A stretch of DNA of 21,855 bases from Octopus sinensis (lineage: Eukaryota): positions 1 to 21,855 of the forward strand of contig NW_021823702.1 of the NCBI RefSeq assembly GCF_006345805.1, read 5' to 3'. Shown here in pieces: positions 20,833 to 21,855 of this stretch; within the stretch, counting starts at the first letter, position 1; each line of letters begins with the position of its first letter. Below the pieces are notes generated by a model that saw nothing but the letters and a program-made list of their open reading frames with translations, made no database searches and was not told the origin of the DNA. Position numbers and translations under genes: made by a program.

Positions 20833-21519
20833 TTACCATATACAAATATGAACGAGAAAAAATATCAAAGTTAAGAAAGATTAACAATACACAGTTGTGT
20901 TCTGGATCGTTCCCCCATTGTGTGGTCTCGTCGCATTTGCCCTCATCGACTTTTTTTGTCACTGATAACCTTCTCAGTCAACCTAACATAGATAAAACTG
21001 TAACAGAGGGGATTTTTAATTAAGAAAAATAAAAAAAGATATTATGCCTAAGGTCATAAAAAGAGAAACACACCAAAGAGATTTCATGAAATATTCCATC
21101 CATTTCTACCATTGTAGACCAACAGAGGTAACTTCTGCTGGGCATTGCTATCGCACCGAACACCAAGCTTATATCAGATATTATATTTCATAGACTTGTG
21201 TATCCTAAGGGAACCAGAAGTGATATATGCAGAAAGTGTTGTAACATAGCTTCCAGTCAAGCTTGCTCACGTAAACCAATGATCAAAGGAATTCTATGCT
21301 TAGCTGCTTAGCTTAACCATTCCGTCTTATTTTTCTAGACTTAACTTTACTTTTCTTGTTTTGTTTTTTTCTTATTTCGTTTGAAGTCGATAGGCTATGA
21401 TCTATCTCTACGATATTTACGCACACATACACATGGTTTTGACAGTATATGACACCCAGGGAAGAACATACATAAAAGTAACAACACTCCATTATCAGCG
21501 ACATGTCTTCTATCGTTAT

Positions 21520-21855
21520 TCTCATAATCATCATCGTCGTCGTTGTCGTTATTACCACCACCACGACCATCCACTCATCCACTAAAACCACCATCTTCAT
21601 AGTCATCACCCTTACCACCGATACCCCACCGTCCCCACTAATAACACCACCACCACCACCACCATCATCACTGACGTTATTATCATCGTCATCATCGTCG
21701 TCGTCGTCGTCCTCCTCTTCCTCTTCCTCCTCCTCTTCCTCCTTCCTCCTTCCTAATCGTTGTCGTTGTCATTATCGTTGTCGTCATCGTCGTCGACAAC
21801 GACACTGCCACTGCCTACTCTAATACCACCACACAACCACCATCACCAGCACCAT
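21520..21855. repeat. Compound trinucleotide field (CAT/CGT/CAC/CCT)n
   Basis: Directly visible; runs to the window end. Confidence 0.92.

Overview
This is an AT-rich, repeat-dense eukaryotic window with no well-supported protein-coding gene. Every ORF in the supplied track traces to microsatellites, SINEs or chance. The SINE sequences and the extreme density of (TA)n/(CA)n/(TATG)n/(GAT)n tracts point to a coleoid cephalopod, most likely Octopus (inference from recalled repeat sequences, not a search). Contents: about 17 copies of one tRNA-derived SINE family (family A, with three alternative 3' tails, two nested insertions and a head-to-head palindrome), two further tRNA-derived SINE families with CORE-like motifs (B and C), a 169-bp hAT-type MITE with an 8-bp TSD, an unclassified ~830-bp direct-repeat-bounded segment, a perfect 44-bp hairpin, and many microsatellites. 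The only recognisable protein-coding remnants are two decayed 3' fragments of an R4/Dong-like restriction-endonuclease-like (RLE) non-LTR retrotransposon at 4238-4891 (minus strand), interleaved with (TATG)n arrays. This suggests a (CATA)n-targeting or (CATA)n-tailed element and is the best lead in the window. A few isolated splice-site-bounded segments could be small exons of a host gene with long introns, but none is confirmed.
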